A stretch of 64,000 bases of DNA from Eledone cirrhosa. Lineage: Eukaryota. Shown in pieces: positions 42,245 to 56,574 of this stretch. Each line of letters begins with the position of its first letter. Position 1 is the stretch's first letter. Location: assembly GCA_964016885.1 (NCBI GenBank), contig OZ024741.1, positions 211,420,001 to 211,484,000 on the forward strand. The letters run 5' to 3'. A model generated the notes under the pieces. The model did no database searches and was not told the DNA's origin. It was given only the letters and a program-made list of their open reading frames with translations. Made by a program: the position numbers and the translations under genes.

Positions 42245-45000
42245 ATGGTTTCTGATTTGGGCACAAGGCCAGCAATTTTTGGGTAGCGGGTGAGGGGAAA
42301 GTCGATTAAATCGACCCCAGTGCATTACTGATACTTTATTTCATCTACCTTGTAAGGATAAAAGGCAAAGTTAACCTCGGCGGGATTAGATCTCAGAACA
42401 TAAAGGGCCGTAACTCTATGGCGCAAAGCATGGCGTCCGACCCTCTACCAATACTGCCAATCCACAGCTCTAATAATGATTTCTAGTATAGGTGCGAGGC
42501 CAGAAATTTTGGGGGGAGGCGAAAGTCGATAAAATCGAAACCAGTGCATTACTGGTACTCTGTTTTATCGACCCTGTAAGGATAAAAGGGAAAGGTAACG
42601 TAGATGGAATTTGAACTCAGAACGTAAAGGGTCGTAACTCTGCCATAAAGCAGGGCGTCCGACGTTCTAGTAATTCTTGCAATCCACCAATCTCCTTGTC
42701 AATAATAGTAATAATTGTTTCTACTTTTGGCACAAGGCCAGCAATTACCCAGTACATTACTGGTACTTTATTTTACCGACCCCCGTAAGGATAAAAGGCA
42801 AAGTTAACCTCGGCGGGATTTGAACTCAGATTGTAAAGGGACGGAACTATGCTGGAAAGCATGGCGTCTGACCCTCTACATATACTGCCAATTCACCGCC
42901 CAATAATAGTAATAATGGTTGGCAGTATTGGTAGAGCATCGGAAAACGTGTTTTGCGGCGTATAGTTACGTCCCTTTATATTCTGAGTTCAAATCTCGTC
43001 GAGGTTAGCTTTGTTTTTCATCCTTGTGGTGTCGATAAAATAAAATAACAGTAACACACTTGAATCGATTTAATCGACTTTCCCCGCCACAAAATTGTTG
43101 GCGCTGTGCCCAAATCAGAAACCACTATTATTATTATAAGAAACCTTTATTTATGGCGGTGGTTTGACAGTATCAGTAGAGGGTCGGACACCATGCTTTG
43201 ACGCATAGAGTTACGGCCCTTGTCATTCTGAGTTCAAATCCCGCCGAGGTTAACTTTATCTTTCATCCTTACGGGGTCGATAAAATAAAGTACCAGTAAT
43301 GTACTGGGTAATTTCTGGCCTTGTGTCTAAAGTAGAAACAATTATTATCAAGGGCGGTGGATTGGCAGTATCGGTAGAGGGTCGGACGCCATGCTTTATA
43401 GCCAAGAGTTACGGCCATTTATGATCTGAGTTCAAATCCCGCCGAGGTTAACTTTGCCTTTTTTCCTTACGGAGTCGATAAAATAAAGTACCAGTAATAA
43501 AGTGGTATAATTGTTGGCCTTGTGCCAAATGTAGAAATAATAATTATTATTATCATAAGGGGTGGAGTTGGCAGTATCCATACGGGGGTGAATTAAATAA
43601 TGTATCAGTAATGCCCTGACTGTCGATTTTATCGACTTTTCCCTCCTCCAAAATTGTTGCCGTTGGGCCTAAATCAGAAACCATTTTTATTATCGTCATT
43701 ATCACCATCCTCATTATTGGCAGTATCGGTAGAGGGTCGGACGCCATGCGTTGCAGCAAAGAGTTACATCCCTTTATAGCCTGAGTTCAAATCCTGCCGA
43801 GGTTAACTTTGTCTTTCATCGTTACGGGGTCGATAAAATAAAGTACCAGTAATGCACTGGGATAATTGCTGGTCTTGTGCCAAAAGGTAGAAACAATTAT
43901 TAATTACAGACTTTGGACTTCTAACTGCAACTATCCCCAGCTGTTATTAGCGACAGTAAAGGACTGACTGTGAGCAGATTTTATTGTGTGGTTAAGAAGC
44001 ACACTTCGCGACAACCTGTCTCAGTGTTCGATCCAATTGATTTGAACATTAGACAAGTATTCCCTATCATTCTATACAGTTCACTTAGACGTTATTTTGG
44101 ATATAGTAGGCAGAGACTTTATATTTACCTAAAAACCTTCCATCATAATTTTATGTAAGTTCCTTTATACTCTACATGTGAGCTAAAGAACGATTTCCAA
44201 TTTAGACACATCGTCAGCAATTTGAGGGAGGGGAATGTTGAGTATGTCGACACCAATACTAGGATAGTACTTTATTTTATCGACCCCCTCCCCCACCAAG
44301 GATACAGAGCAAAGTTGATCTCAGCGGGTTTTGAATTCAGAACGTAAAGCACATTAAAACATTTTGTCCGAGGCTTTAACGCCAGTTAAATATTAGTTTT
44401 TAATTTAGGCACAAGGCCAACAATTTGTGGGGAAAGTAAATCGATTAAGTCGACCTCAGTGGTACTTTGTTTTATCGACGCTATAAGGATGAAAGACAAT
44501 GCTAACCTCAGCGGAATTTGAAATCAGAACGTAAAGGGCCATATATAAATGACTCAAAGCATTTTATTTGAGGCTCTAATCTCAATTAAATAACTTTTGG
44601 CACAAGGCCAGCAATTATCCCAGTACATTACTGGTACTTTATTTTATCGACCCCGTAAGGATGAAAGGTAAAGTTACCTCGGCGGGATTTTAACTCAGAA
44701 TGGCAAGGGTCGTAACTCTATGCGTCAAAGCATGGTGTCCGACCCTCTACCGATACTGCCAATCCACCGCCCCTTACTAAATAATAGTTTCTGATTTAGG
44801 CACAAGGCCAGCAATTTTGGGGGAATGGGATAGTCGATTAAATCGACCCCAGTGGCTGACTGATACTCTATTTTAATGACCCCTTAAGGATGAAAGGCAA
44901 AGTTAACATCAGTGGCGGGATTTGAACTAAGAACGTCATCTGCCATATCTAAATGCCACAAAGCATTTTGTACGAGACTCTAACGCCAGCTAAATAATGA
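42245..45000. mobile_element. Cluster of about 12 SINE family A copies in both orientations
   Basis: Minus copies 42245-42900, plus copies 42917-43900, minus copies 44200-45000; AAT-rich linkers. Confidence 0.85.
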
Positions 45001-45687
45001 AAGTTATATTACTAAATTTCATGAAATACTGGATTATTTTCAATATTATTTGAACAGCATGTGCAGAGTCTTTCTTTAGAAATATGTTAACGAAAGGCTC
45101 AACCCATCTGGCGCTCTACCGACCCTGCCGATTCGCCGCCTTTTATGGCAGCAAAGGAAATCTATGCGCTTCTTATTGATTTACTGAACAAGAAACATTC
45201 TCCGCTTCCAGTCTATTATGTGTGTCTTTCCAACAGATTTTCGAATTAATTCTCCTTCATAATTCTTTTACTCGACTGAATACAACGGTTACTAATTTCT
45301 CCCGCTATCCTCTTCATGTTTCTATTCCCAAACAAGCAAGCCAGCTCTTTTGCTGTTTCTTTCGCGTCGTCGTCGTCGTCGTCGTCTTTACATGAAGCAC
45401 GAATAGACAGCTTGTTGTCTCTTTCTATCTCTTAAGAAGAGCCCCTCCTCCTTTTCGGCACCCTCAAGGAGATATTCTTTCTCTTTGATGTATTCCCTAC
45501 CCTATCCTCCAGTAATATTTCCTAACTAACAACCACTACGAAAATATCCATATTCCACCACCATTCGTCTGATTTTCCCTTTTTTTCTTTTTATTCATGT
45601 AATCCACAGAACAGGTTTTCAGACATCGATGTGGAAATCAAAAGTAGTAAGACGAAAGTTATACGGACTGCATGGTTCAACATGGTG

Positions 45688-45780
<93 letters not shown>

Positions 45781-46064
45781 GATGAGATGGGAAGAGAGAC
45801 AGAGAGATGGGGAAGGAGATGGGGAGAGGGAGATGGGGAGAAAAAGAGAGGGAGAGAGATATCGGGAGAGAGAGAGAGATGGGAGAGAGAGAGAGATGGG
45901 AAAGATATGTGGAGAGAGAGAGAGAGAAAGATGGGGATAAAGTGAGATGGGGAGAGAGAGGTGGCGAGAAAGAGAAAGAGAGAGATGGAGAGAGAGAGAG
46001 AGAGTTGGGGAGAGAGTCAGATAGAGGGAGAGAGAGGAAGAGAGAGAGGAAGAGAGAGAGAGAC
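45688..46064. repeat. (GA)n / purine-rich tract
   Basis: Direct observation. Confidence 0.9.
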
Positions 46065-46129
46065 ACTGGGCACCAACAACATCATGAAAATAATTCCTTT
46101 CACACAACACACACAGAAAATACATAAGA

Positions 46130-49100
46130 CACACTCCCATAACATTCGCACATGACACACACACACACAACAACAACTGACACACAACACATACACAACA
46201 ATAACTACACGTCACACATACACAACAACAATTATACGTCACACATACACAACAACAACTACACATACAACAACAAGAACAACAACACGGCACATACACG
46301 ACAGCCACACGATACACACCATACAAAACAACACCACACACAATAGTAACCACACGACACACACACATACAACAACAGCCAAGCGAGACACGCGACACAC
46401 AACACACCACATACAATAGCCACACAACACACCACACAACAACAGCCACACAACACCTACCACACACAACAACAACAGCCACACAACGCACATCACACAC
46501 AACAACAGCCACACATCACACTACGCTACAACCCCAGCACACACGCCAGACAACAACAACCAATCGACCCACACACAACAACAACAACAGCCAGATGACA
46601 CACATCACACACAACAACAACAGCCACACAACACACCATACAACAACAGCAGCCACATGACACACACCACACAACAACAACAGCCACACAACACACACCA
46701 CACAACAACAACAGCCACACAACACACACCACACACAACAACAGCCACAAAACACACTACACAACAACCACACGACCAACACACACCACACAACAACAAT
46801 CACACGACCAACACACACCACACACAACAACAACCACACGACCCACATACACCACACAACAACAGCCACACAACACAACAACCACACGACCAACACACAC
46901 CACACAACAGCAACCACACGACCCACACACAGCACACAACAACAGCCACACAACAACAATCAGACGACCCTCACACACCACACAACAACAGCCGAACACA
47001 ACAACAATCACACGACCAAATCACACCACACAACAACAATCACACGACCCACACACACCACACAACAACAGCCGCACAACAACAATCTCACGACCCCACA
47101 CACCAGACAACAACAGCCGAACACAACAACAATCACACGAACCACACACACCACACAATAACAGCCGAACACAACAACAATCACACGACCCACACACCAC
47201 ACAACAACAGCCGAACACAACAACAACCACACGACCCACACACACCACACAACAACAGCCACGCAACAACAATCACACGACCCACACTCACCACACAACA
47301 ACAACCAAATGTCCCACACACACCACACATACACTCACAGAAACAACAACCACACGACCGCCACAACACACAACAACAACAAGAACAACAGACAACACAT
47401 ACGCAATACACGCAACACCATCACCACCACAACCACCATCATCACCACAACCACCATCATCAACAGCAACACGAAACTCAACAACAATCACACCACCTAC
47501 ACACACCACACAACAGCAGCCGAACACAACAACAACCACAATACCCACATACACCACACAACAACAGCCGAACACAACAACAACCTCACGACCCACACAC
47601 ACCACACAACAACAGCCGAACACAACAACAATCACATGACCGACACACACCACACAACAATCACACGACCCACACACACCATACAACAACAACAGCCACA
47701 CAACAACAATCACACGACCCACACACACCACACAACACAACAGCAGCCAAACACACAACAACCACACGAACCACACACACAACACAACAACAGCCACACA
47801 ACAACAATCACGCGACCCACACACACCACACAACAACAGCCACACAACAACAGCCACACAACATGCAATCACACGACCCACACACACCACACAACCGCAG
47901 CCGAACACAACAATAACAATCACACGACCCACACACACCACACAACAACAGCCACACAACAACAATCACACGACCCCCACACATCACACAACAACAGCCA
48001 CACAACAACAATCACACGACCCCCACACACCATACAACAACAGCCACACATCAACAATCACACGACCCACACACACCACGCAACAACAGCCGAACACAAC
48101 AACAATTACACGACCCACACACATCACACAACAACAGCCGAACACAGCAACAATCACACGACCCACACACACCACAACACAACAAAAATTACACGACCCA
48201 CAGACACCACACAACGACAGCCGAACACAACAATAATCACATGAACCACACACACGCCGCACAACAACCACACGCGCCACACACACCAAACAACAACAAC
48301 AACACAGCAACAAACACACCACCCACAAACACCATACAACAACAGCCGAACACAACAACAACCACACGACCCACACACATCACAATACGACAGCCTAACA
48401 CAACAATAATGACATGAACCACACACACACCGCACAACAACCACACGCGCCACACACACCATACAACAACAGCCACGCAACAACAATCACACGACCCACA
48501 CTCACCACACATAAACAGCCTAACACAACAACAACCACACCTCCCACAAACACCACACATACACTCACAGAAACAACAACCACACGACCGCCACAACACA
48601 CAACAACAACAAGAACAACAGACAACACATACACAATACACGCAACACCATCACCACCACAACCACCATCATCATCACACCCACCATCATCAACAGCACC
48701 ACCAAACTCAACAACGATCACATGACCCACACAACCACTCAACAACAGCCGAACACAACAACAATCACATGACCCACACACACCATACAACAACAGCCAC
48801 ACAACAAAAATCACACGTCCCACACACACCACACACCACACAACTGCAGCCGAACACAATAACAACGACACGACCCACATACACCACACAACAACAGCCG
48901 AACACAACAACAACTCACGACCCACACACACCACACAACGACAGCCGAACACAACAACAATCACATGACCGACACACACCACACAACAACCACACGACCC
49001 ACACACACCATACAACAACAGCCACACAACAACAATCACACGACCCACACACACCACACAACAACAGCCATACAACAACAATCACACAACAACAGCCACA

Positions 49101-51890
49101 CAACAACAACCACACGACCCACACACACCACACCACACAACAGCAGCCGAACACACCAACAACCACACAACCCACCCACACCACACAACAACAACCACAC
49201 AACAACAATAAAACGACCCACACACACCACATGACAACAGCCACACAACAACAATCACACGACCCACACACACCACACAACCGCAGCCGAACACAACAAC
49301 AACCACCCGACCCACACACACCACACAACAACAGCCACACAACAACATTACACGACCCCCCACACATCACACAACAACAGCCACACACCAACAATCACAC
49401 GACCCCCACACACCACACAACAACAGCCACACAACAACAGCCACACAACAACAATCACACGCCCCACACACACCACACAACAACAGCCGAACACAACAAC
49501 AATTACACGACCCACACACACCACGCAAAAACAGCCGAACACAACAAAAATTGCACGACCCACACACACCACACAACAACAGCCGAACACAGCAACAATC
49601 ACACGACCCACACACACCACAACACAACAACAATTACACGACCCACACACACCACACAACGACAGCCGAACGCAACAATAATACATGACCGACACACACA
49701 CCGCACAACAACCACACGCGCCACACACATCAAACAACAGCCACACAGCAACAAACACACGACCCACACATACCATACAACAACAGCCGAACACAACAAC
49801 AACACACGACCCACACACATCACAGAACAACAGCCGAACACAACAACAACCATAGGACCCACGCACACCACACAACAACAGCCGAACACAACAACAATCA
49901 CACGGCCCACACACACCACACAACCATAGCCGAACACAACAACAATTACACAACCCACACACACCACACAACAACAGCCGAACGCAACAACACTTACACG
50001 ACCCCCACACACCACACAACAACAGCCGAACACAACAAAAAATTACACGACCCACACACACCACACAACAACAATCACAGGACCCACACACACCACACAA
50101 CGACAGCCGAACACAACAACAACTCACGATACACACACACCACACAACAACAGCCGAACACAACAACAATCACATGACCGACACACACCACACAACAACC
50201 ACACGACCCACACACACCATACAACAACAGCCACACAACAACAATCACACGACCCACACACACCACACAACAACAGCCATACAACAACAATCACACAACA
50301 ACAGCCATACAACAACAATCACACGACCCACACACACCTCACCACACAAAAGCAGCCGAACACACCAACAACCACACGACCCCCACACACCACGCAACAA
50401 CAGCCACGCAACAACAATCACACGCCGCACACACACCACACAACAACAGCCGAACACAACAACAATCACATGACCGACACACACCACACAACAACCACAC
50501 GACCCACACACACCATACAACAACAGCCACACAACAACAATCACACGTCCCACACACACCACACAACAGCAGCCGAACACAATAACAACGACACGACCCA
50601 CATACACCACAACAGCCGAACACAACAACAACTCACGACCCACACGTACAACACAACAACAGCCGAACACAACAACAATCACATGACCGACACACACCAC
50701 ACAACAACCACACGACCCACACACACCATACAACAACAGCCACACAACAACAATCACACGACCCACACACACCACACAACAACAGCCATACAACAACAAT
50801 CACACAACAACAGCCACACAACAACAATCACACGACACACACACACCACACCACACAACAGCAGCCGAACACACCAACAACCACACAACCCACACACACC
50901 ACACAACAACAGCCACACAACAACAATAACACAGCCACACACACCACACAACAACTACACACACACACACACATACACTCACGGTATCAACAATCACAGG
51001 ACCCGCACAACACACAACATACAACAACAACAACACATACACAATACACGCATCACCATCACCACCTCAACCATCATCATCACCATCATCATCATCATCA
51101 TCACCAACACTACCACCATCATCATCATCAGCATCAGCATCATCGTCATCATTATCATCATTATCACCATCATCATCAACAACACCACCACCATCATCAT
51201 CACCACCACCACCATCTTCATCACCATCACCACTACCACCATCACTATCATCACCACCATCACCACCATCACCATCACCATCATCATTCTCATCATCATC
51301 ACCATCACCACTATCAGCATCACCATTTTCATCGTCATCACCATCATCACCAAACCACCACCACCATTACCATCACCACCATCTATCATCACCACCACCA
51401 CCGCCGCCCACCACCAAACCACCACCACCACCATGTATCATCACCACCACCACCACCACCACCATCACCAACACCGCCACCGCCACCACCATCTATCATC
51501 ACCACAACCACCGCCGCCTACCACTAAACCACCACCACCACCATGTATCATTACCACCACCACCATCACAACCAACACCACCACCGCCACCACCATCTAT
51601 CATCACCACAACCACCGCCGCACACCATCAAACCACCAACAAACCACCACCACCACCACTACCACCGCCGCACGCCACCAAACCACCACCACCACCGCCG
51701 CCCACCACCAAACCACCCCCACCACCGCCGCACACGACCACACCACCACCACCAAACCACCACTAAACCACTACCACGACCACCACCACCAAACCACCAC
51801 TAAACCACTACCACCACCACCACCACCACCACCACCATCTATCATCACCTCCACCACCACCACTTCCACCACCACCACCATCACCACTAT
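46130..51890. repeat. CA-rich degenerate satellite (~40-50-bp unit, CACACAACAACAGCCGAACACAACAACAATCACACGACCCACACAC-like) grading into (CAT/CAC)n
   Basis: Direct observation; plus strand poor in G and T. Confidence 0.9.
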
Positions 51891-52327
51891 AAACAAGACA
51901 AGATACAACATACAAACTCATGCAAACACTTAAGAAAACATTATTTTGTCATCGCTTTCCTCTCCTCCTGTTCCTCTCCTTCATCATCTTCCCCGGTAGC
52001 GATGTTTAGTCATCCAACGATGATAACTGAAAACACTTTAACATCATTTCCACTGTAAGTGATGTCCATGGAATATTTTATCATCAACATCAATGCCACT
52101 AAGATAATATTTCTAAATTACTTTGGAAGACATGAGGTATCCATGTTGCATGAAATATTGTAGTAACTTAATATTATTATGACTCCCCATAATTGGAAAT
52201 TGACAAATGTTAATCTGAATTGAAAACTATTTTAAATTCAGTTATATAACAAGAGAGTTAGTAGGAGGTTAATGTTATCACATATACCTACACAGTAGCA
52301 ATGGTTAGTCGTATATTATCTTTACAG

Positions 52328-52730
52328 TTGGTGGTGGATTGGCAGTATCGGTAGAGGGTCGGAAGCCATGCTTTGCAGCAAAGAGTTACGGCTCTTTATG
52401 GTCTGAGTTCAATTCCCACCGAGGTTACCTTTGCCTTTCATCCTTACCGGGTCGATAAAATAAAGTACCAGTGAGGCACTGGAATAATTGCTGGCCTTAT
52501 GCCAAAAGTAGAAACAATTATTATGACTCGCCCAGGGCGGTGGATTGGCAGTATCTGTAGAGGGTCGGACACAATGCTTTGACGCATAGAGTTACGGCCC
52601 TTGCCATTCTGAATTCACATCCCACCGAGGTTAACTTTTCCTTTCATCCTTACGGGGTCGATAAAATAAAGTACCAGTAATGCACTGGGATAATTGATGG
52701 CCTTGTGCCAAAAGTAGAAACAATCATTAT
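52328..52730 (+). mobile_element. Two tandem SINE family A copies
   Basis: Consensus match. Confidence 0.8.
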
Positions 52731-52844
52731 GACTACCGATATTTGGAAATTGACAAATGTTACACCTGAATTCAGTTATTTAGAACTACTAGTGAAGTCA
52801 TTCTTTTCCTTTTTTTCAAATAAATATATATATAGAGAGAGATA

Positions 52845-53060
52845 TCGATCGACTTTCGTCAAATCGGACCGAGGAAACAACGTTTCCGTCAGTCTTTCCA
52901 GTTGCTAGTACTATCTATCGGTCGCAACTCCAAGTAGAAGGACCAACGTGAAATAAAGTGTCTTGTTCAAGGACATAACGCATCGCCCGGTCCAGGAATC
53001 GAACTCACAACCTCAAGATTGTGAATCCAATTCTCTAACCACTCAGCCACACGCCTTCAC
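52845..53060 (-). mobile_element. SINE family B
   Basis: A/B boxes and core; 3' part shared with 37140-37340. Confidence 0.7.
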
Positions 53061-53071
53061 TATATATATTA

Positions 53072-53438
53072 TTAACCATCTTGCCAACAACAGCCCTGAG
53101 CACCTTTTTGATTTCCATGTGTCTAACCCACGTGGGCATGCCGACAAAGTCAGAAAACAGCACAGCTCCCATGACTTTCGGAAACATTTTTTCACGCTCA
53201 GAGTTGCTGAAGCATGGAACAAACTACCTGCATCAGTTGTTAGCTGTCGGGACACTGCATCCTTTAAAACCTCCATGCTTCCTGAGATTCGCCAATACTA
53301 CACCTAATATTCCCCTCCGTTCACACAAACACATGTAACCCACGACTCGTACACTCTTCATTTTCCTGATATTATTCTATGTACTATACATGCATCTTTG
53401 TGGAGTTGTAATGCACCTGAGTACTGTACATAATAATT

Positions 53439-53498
<60 letters not shown>
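53072..53498 (+). mobile_element. CR1/L2-type LINE 3' end with (ATT)n tail
   Basis: RGH..K...FRKHFFTLRVAEAWNKLP..VV....SFK motif. Confidence 0.75.
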
Positions 53499-53506
<8 letters not shown>

Positions 53507-53783
53507 TAGGTAAAGGTTTTACGTATAAGTGTACATAAAACATCCGTCCATTAACAGAATGAGAACTCAATGGTTATCTGTAGAATGTATATCTTCGCAG
53601 AAGACCTGTCAGTGGATTTTGAAGTTTCTTCGATGCTGCCTCATTAGATTGCGACTTCAATCTTTTCTGTGATATCAATATATATTTAGCTCTGGTGATT
53701 TTTCTTTGAGATATCAATACTTTTCTTTTGGGCTTGCTGAATCTCAGATCATTGTATAATTATTTATAGTGTTACTGAAGAGG

Positions 53784-54060
53784 TACAGGTTGTCCCTAAA
53801 ATCTGGACACATTAATATTTCAATCACCGTATTTCCCGGCGTCGAAGACGCTACTTTTTTCTTTAAATAAGTCTCAAAAATCTACCATGCGTCCTGGAGG
53901 CCGAAGGATATTTATCATTTTTTTTTCAAATTTTTGGTTGTCAGAATTAGGGTGCGTCCTCGAGGACAAAGCGTCTTAGGCGCCTGGAAATACGGTAAAT
54001 AAAATTTTGTTAATTTCTTTTATTGAAAACTTACATTTTGCCTATCGAGGGACAGTGTAC
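53784..54060. mobile_element. Tc1-like MITE remnant with a nested pogo-like MITE (53827-53996)
   Basis: Outer TACAGGTTGTCCC / GGGACAGTGTA; inner TIRs CCGTATTTCC.GGCG / CGCCTGGAAATACGG. Confidence 0.6.
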
Positions 54061-54572
54061 AATATTCTATAATGATTTCTGATTTAGGCCCAAGGCCAAC
54101 AATTTTTGGAAGGGGAAAGTCGATTAAATTCACCCTAGTGCATTACTGGTACTTTATTTTATCGACCGCGTAAGGATGAAAGACAAAGCTAACCTCAGCG
54201 GAATTTGAACTCAGAACGTAAAGGACTATAACTCTATGCTGCAAAGCATAGTGCCTGACACTACCAATGCTTTGTTATACTCAATATGTTTTCCCTCTAA
54301 ACTAACATAAGTATTAGTTGAATAAGATGTATTGAAACATATGTAAAGCTATGTCATTAAATGTTTTAACCAATCTACTCAGTCATTTCCCTTTGTTATA
54401 TATTCTCTCTGTCTTATTACTTGTCACGAAACTCTTCTGACTTTCTGTATCTGTCTATAATGACATAAACACATTGCATTTGAAAATAATATTACTTGGC
54501 AGTATTAACTCTCTCTGGATTAACTCCACACACAGAGACACACAGGCTGACAGACTGACAGACTGATAGACA

Positions 54573-54664
<92 letters not shown>

Positions 54665-55067
54665 TACACACAGACATAAGTGTCAGCGTTGACTTTCCTT
54701 TTTTTCGTCGGACAACGTTGGTGGCATGGAGAGTGCCGATGTTAATGGGCGACTACTGGTCTTCGAAAACAGACCTTCCCGAGCTTTGTATTCTGAAGAG
54801 GAACCTTCAGGGTGTGTGTGTGTGTTGTTATTTCCATTTACTTTTTGCATATAATAATTGTTTCTACTTTTGGCACAAGGCCAGCAATTATTCAGTGCAT
54901 TACTGGTACTTTATTTTATCGACCCTGTAAGGATGAAAAGCAAAGTTAACCTCAGCGGTATTTGAACACAGACCGTAAAGAGCCGTAACTATGTTGGAAA
55001 GCATATCCGAACCTCTACCGATACTGCCAATTCAGGACGAATGGTTACTCCATTATGTTTATTGGCT

Positions 55068-55126
55068 GGTGACGCACGTTTCGCTATCGATCTGGCCCGA
55101 CTCTGGAATCAAAAGCTCGCCGGACC
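55068..55126 (-). ncRNA. Degenerate hammerhead, family G
   Basis: Minus strand GGT-CCGGCGA-GCT...AGC-GAAAC GTGC GTC-ACC. Confidence 0.45.
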
Positions 55127-55163
55127 TCTGTAGTAGTAATGGCAAAATCGCGTTACACTCCCT

Positions 55164-55238
<75 letters not shown>

Positions 55239-55315
55239 TAAGTTATTCCGGGTTGAATAGGAGGTAACCACAGTAAGTAAGGTACTCAATACAAAGCAGA
55301 GTATAAACGTTTTAA

Positions 55316-55432
55316 TATAGATGCAATTCTACAGGACTAGAACTGTTTTATTCTTTAGAAATCATCAAGAATCTTCATCTGATTCCTGATGATTTCTAAA
55401 GAATGAATCAGTTCTAGTCCTGTAGAATCTCA

Positions 55433-55438
<6 letters not shown>
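55316..55438. ncRNA. Inverted pair of minimal hammerheads, family E (each copy mutated)
   Basis: Consensus with the 11450 copy: GATTC-CTGATGA-tTTC taaa GAAt-GAAACAG ttctagtc CTGTA-GAATC; arms 55316-55373 and 55381-55438. Confidence 0.7.
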
Positions 55439-55506
<68 letters not shown>

Positions 55507-55874
55507 TATATATCGTAATTATCTTACACATTTTTAATCCAAAGTCACCTTAACAAGACTACCTGACACCTGGTACCTTTAATGGAATGCGTTCTGCGTA
55601 ATATTTATTTTAAAGGATAATCAACGGAGACAGCACCATGACTAGCATCAACTTTCCAGGCTCTGAGTTTTTTACTTTGGTTTTAATATATGTTTAGCTC
55701 AAGTGATATTTAATTGTCAGAGTAATTATAATTATATAAATTCGCCTGAGGAAAGGTAATTATTTTGATGTTTCTTGTTATCTGGAGGTATGATCATATT
55801 TGGACTTCGAAACCCTGTCTAGCGCGTTTGCTCTGTATATGAACATACATAAATCATTTCTCTCTCTCACTCCA

Positions 55875-56017
<143 letters not shown>

Positions 56018-56278
56018 GAAATTAAAAGATGGTTAAAAAATTTCCATATATTTCATAATTTCTTCTTTATATATACTCCAGTTCTACCAACTGTCGAGTG
56101 CTACTTATCTGATATATGCATAGTTTTATTGTTTAACAATATTACTCACCTCCTACACATATATATCCAGTGAGAGTAACGCGGAGTTACTGTAGGTTCA
56201 CCCGGGTGAGCACTCGATGTTTAGGTTCACGTCTGTATCGAGGTGTAGAGCTAGACATTCTGTCATTACTACTTATGA

Positions 56279-56363
56279 GGTCCGACGAGCTTTTGATTCC
56301 TGAGTCGGGCCAGATCGATACAGATCGAACCTTGAGCTGATCAGTATCGAAAAATGCGTCACC
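56279..56363 (+). ncRNA. Degenerate hammerhead, family G
   Basis: GGT-CCGACGA-GCT...GAAAAATGCGTC-ACC; module 56163-56408 in (TA)n. Confidence 0.4.
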
Positions 56364-56574
56364 AACCAATAAGCGTAATGAAGGCGTAACCATTCATCCT
56401 TGTGTTATATATATACATATATACACACATATATATATATAGTGGATGCAAACTCTGCTAAGAGTATTGCAATCGCTTGTCAGATTACAGAAAATGGTGC
56501 ACCTTTAGGCTACAGCCAGTCCAGCCAACGAACCTGTAACATATCCTGATCAAGCAATGCCTATGTTTTGAACG

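Noticed and set aside
46657-51933. 400-490 aa His/Thr/Gln-rich ORFs as real CDS
   Set aside because: Open in several frames on both strands only because the composition lacks stop codons; no domain or splice evidence
53590-53660. Minus-strand CTAATGA...GAAAC motif
   Set aside because: G5 is mutated and there are no convincing helices
55742-55826. Hammerhead candidate CGC-CTGAGGA...GAAACCCTGTC
   Set aside because: Helix I is out of register and helices II and III are weak; at best a decayed copy
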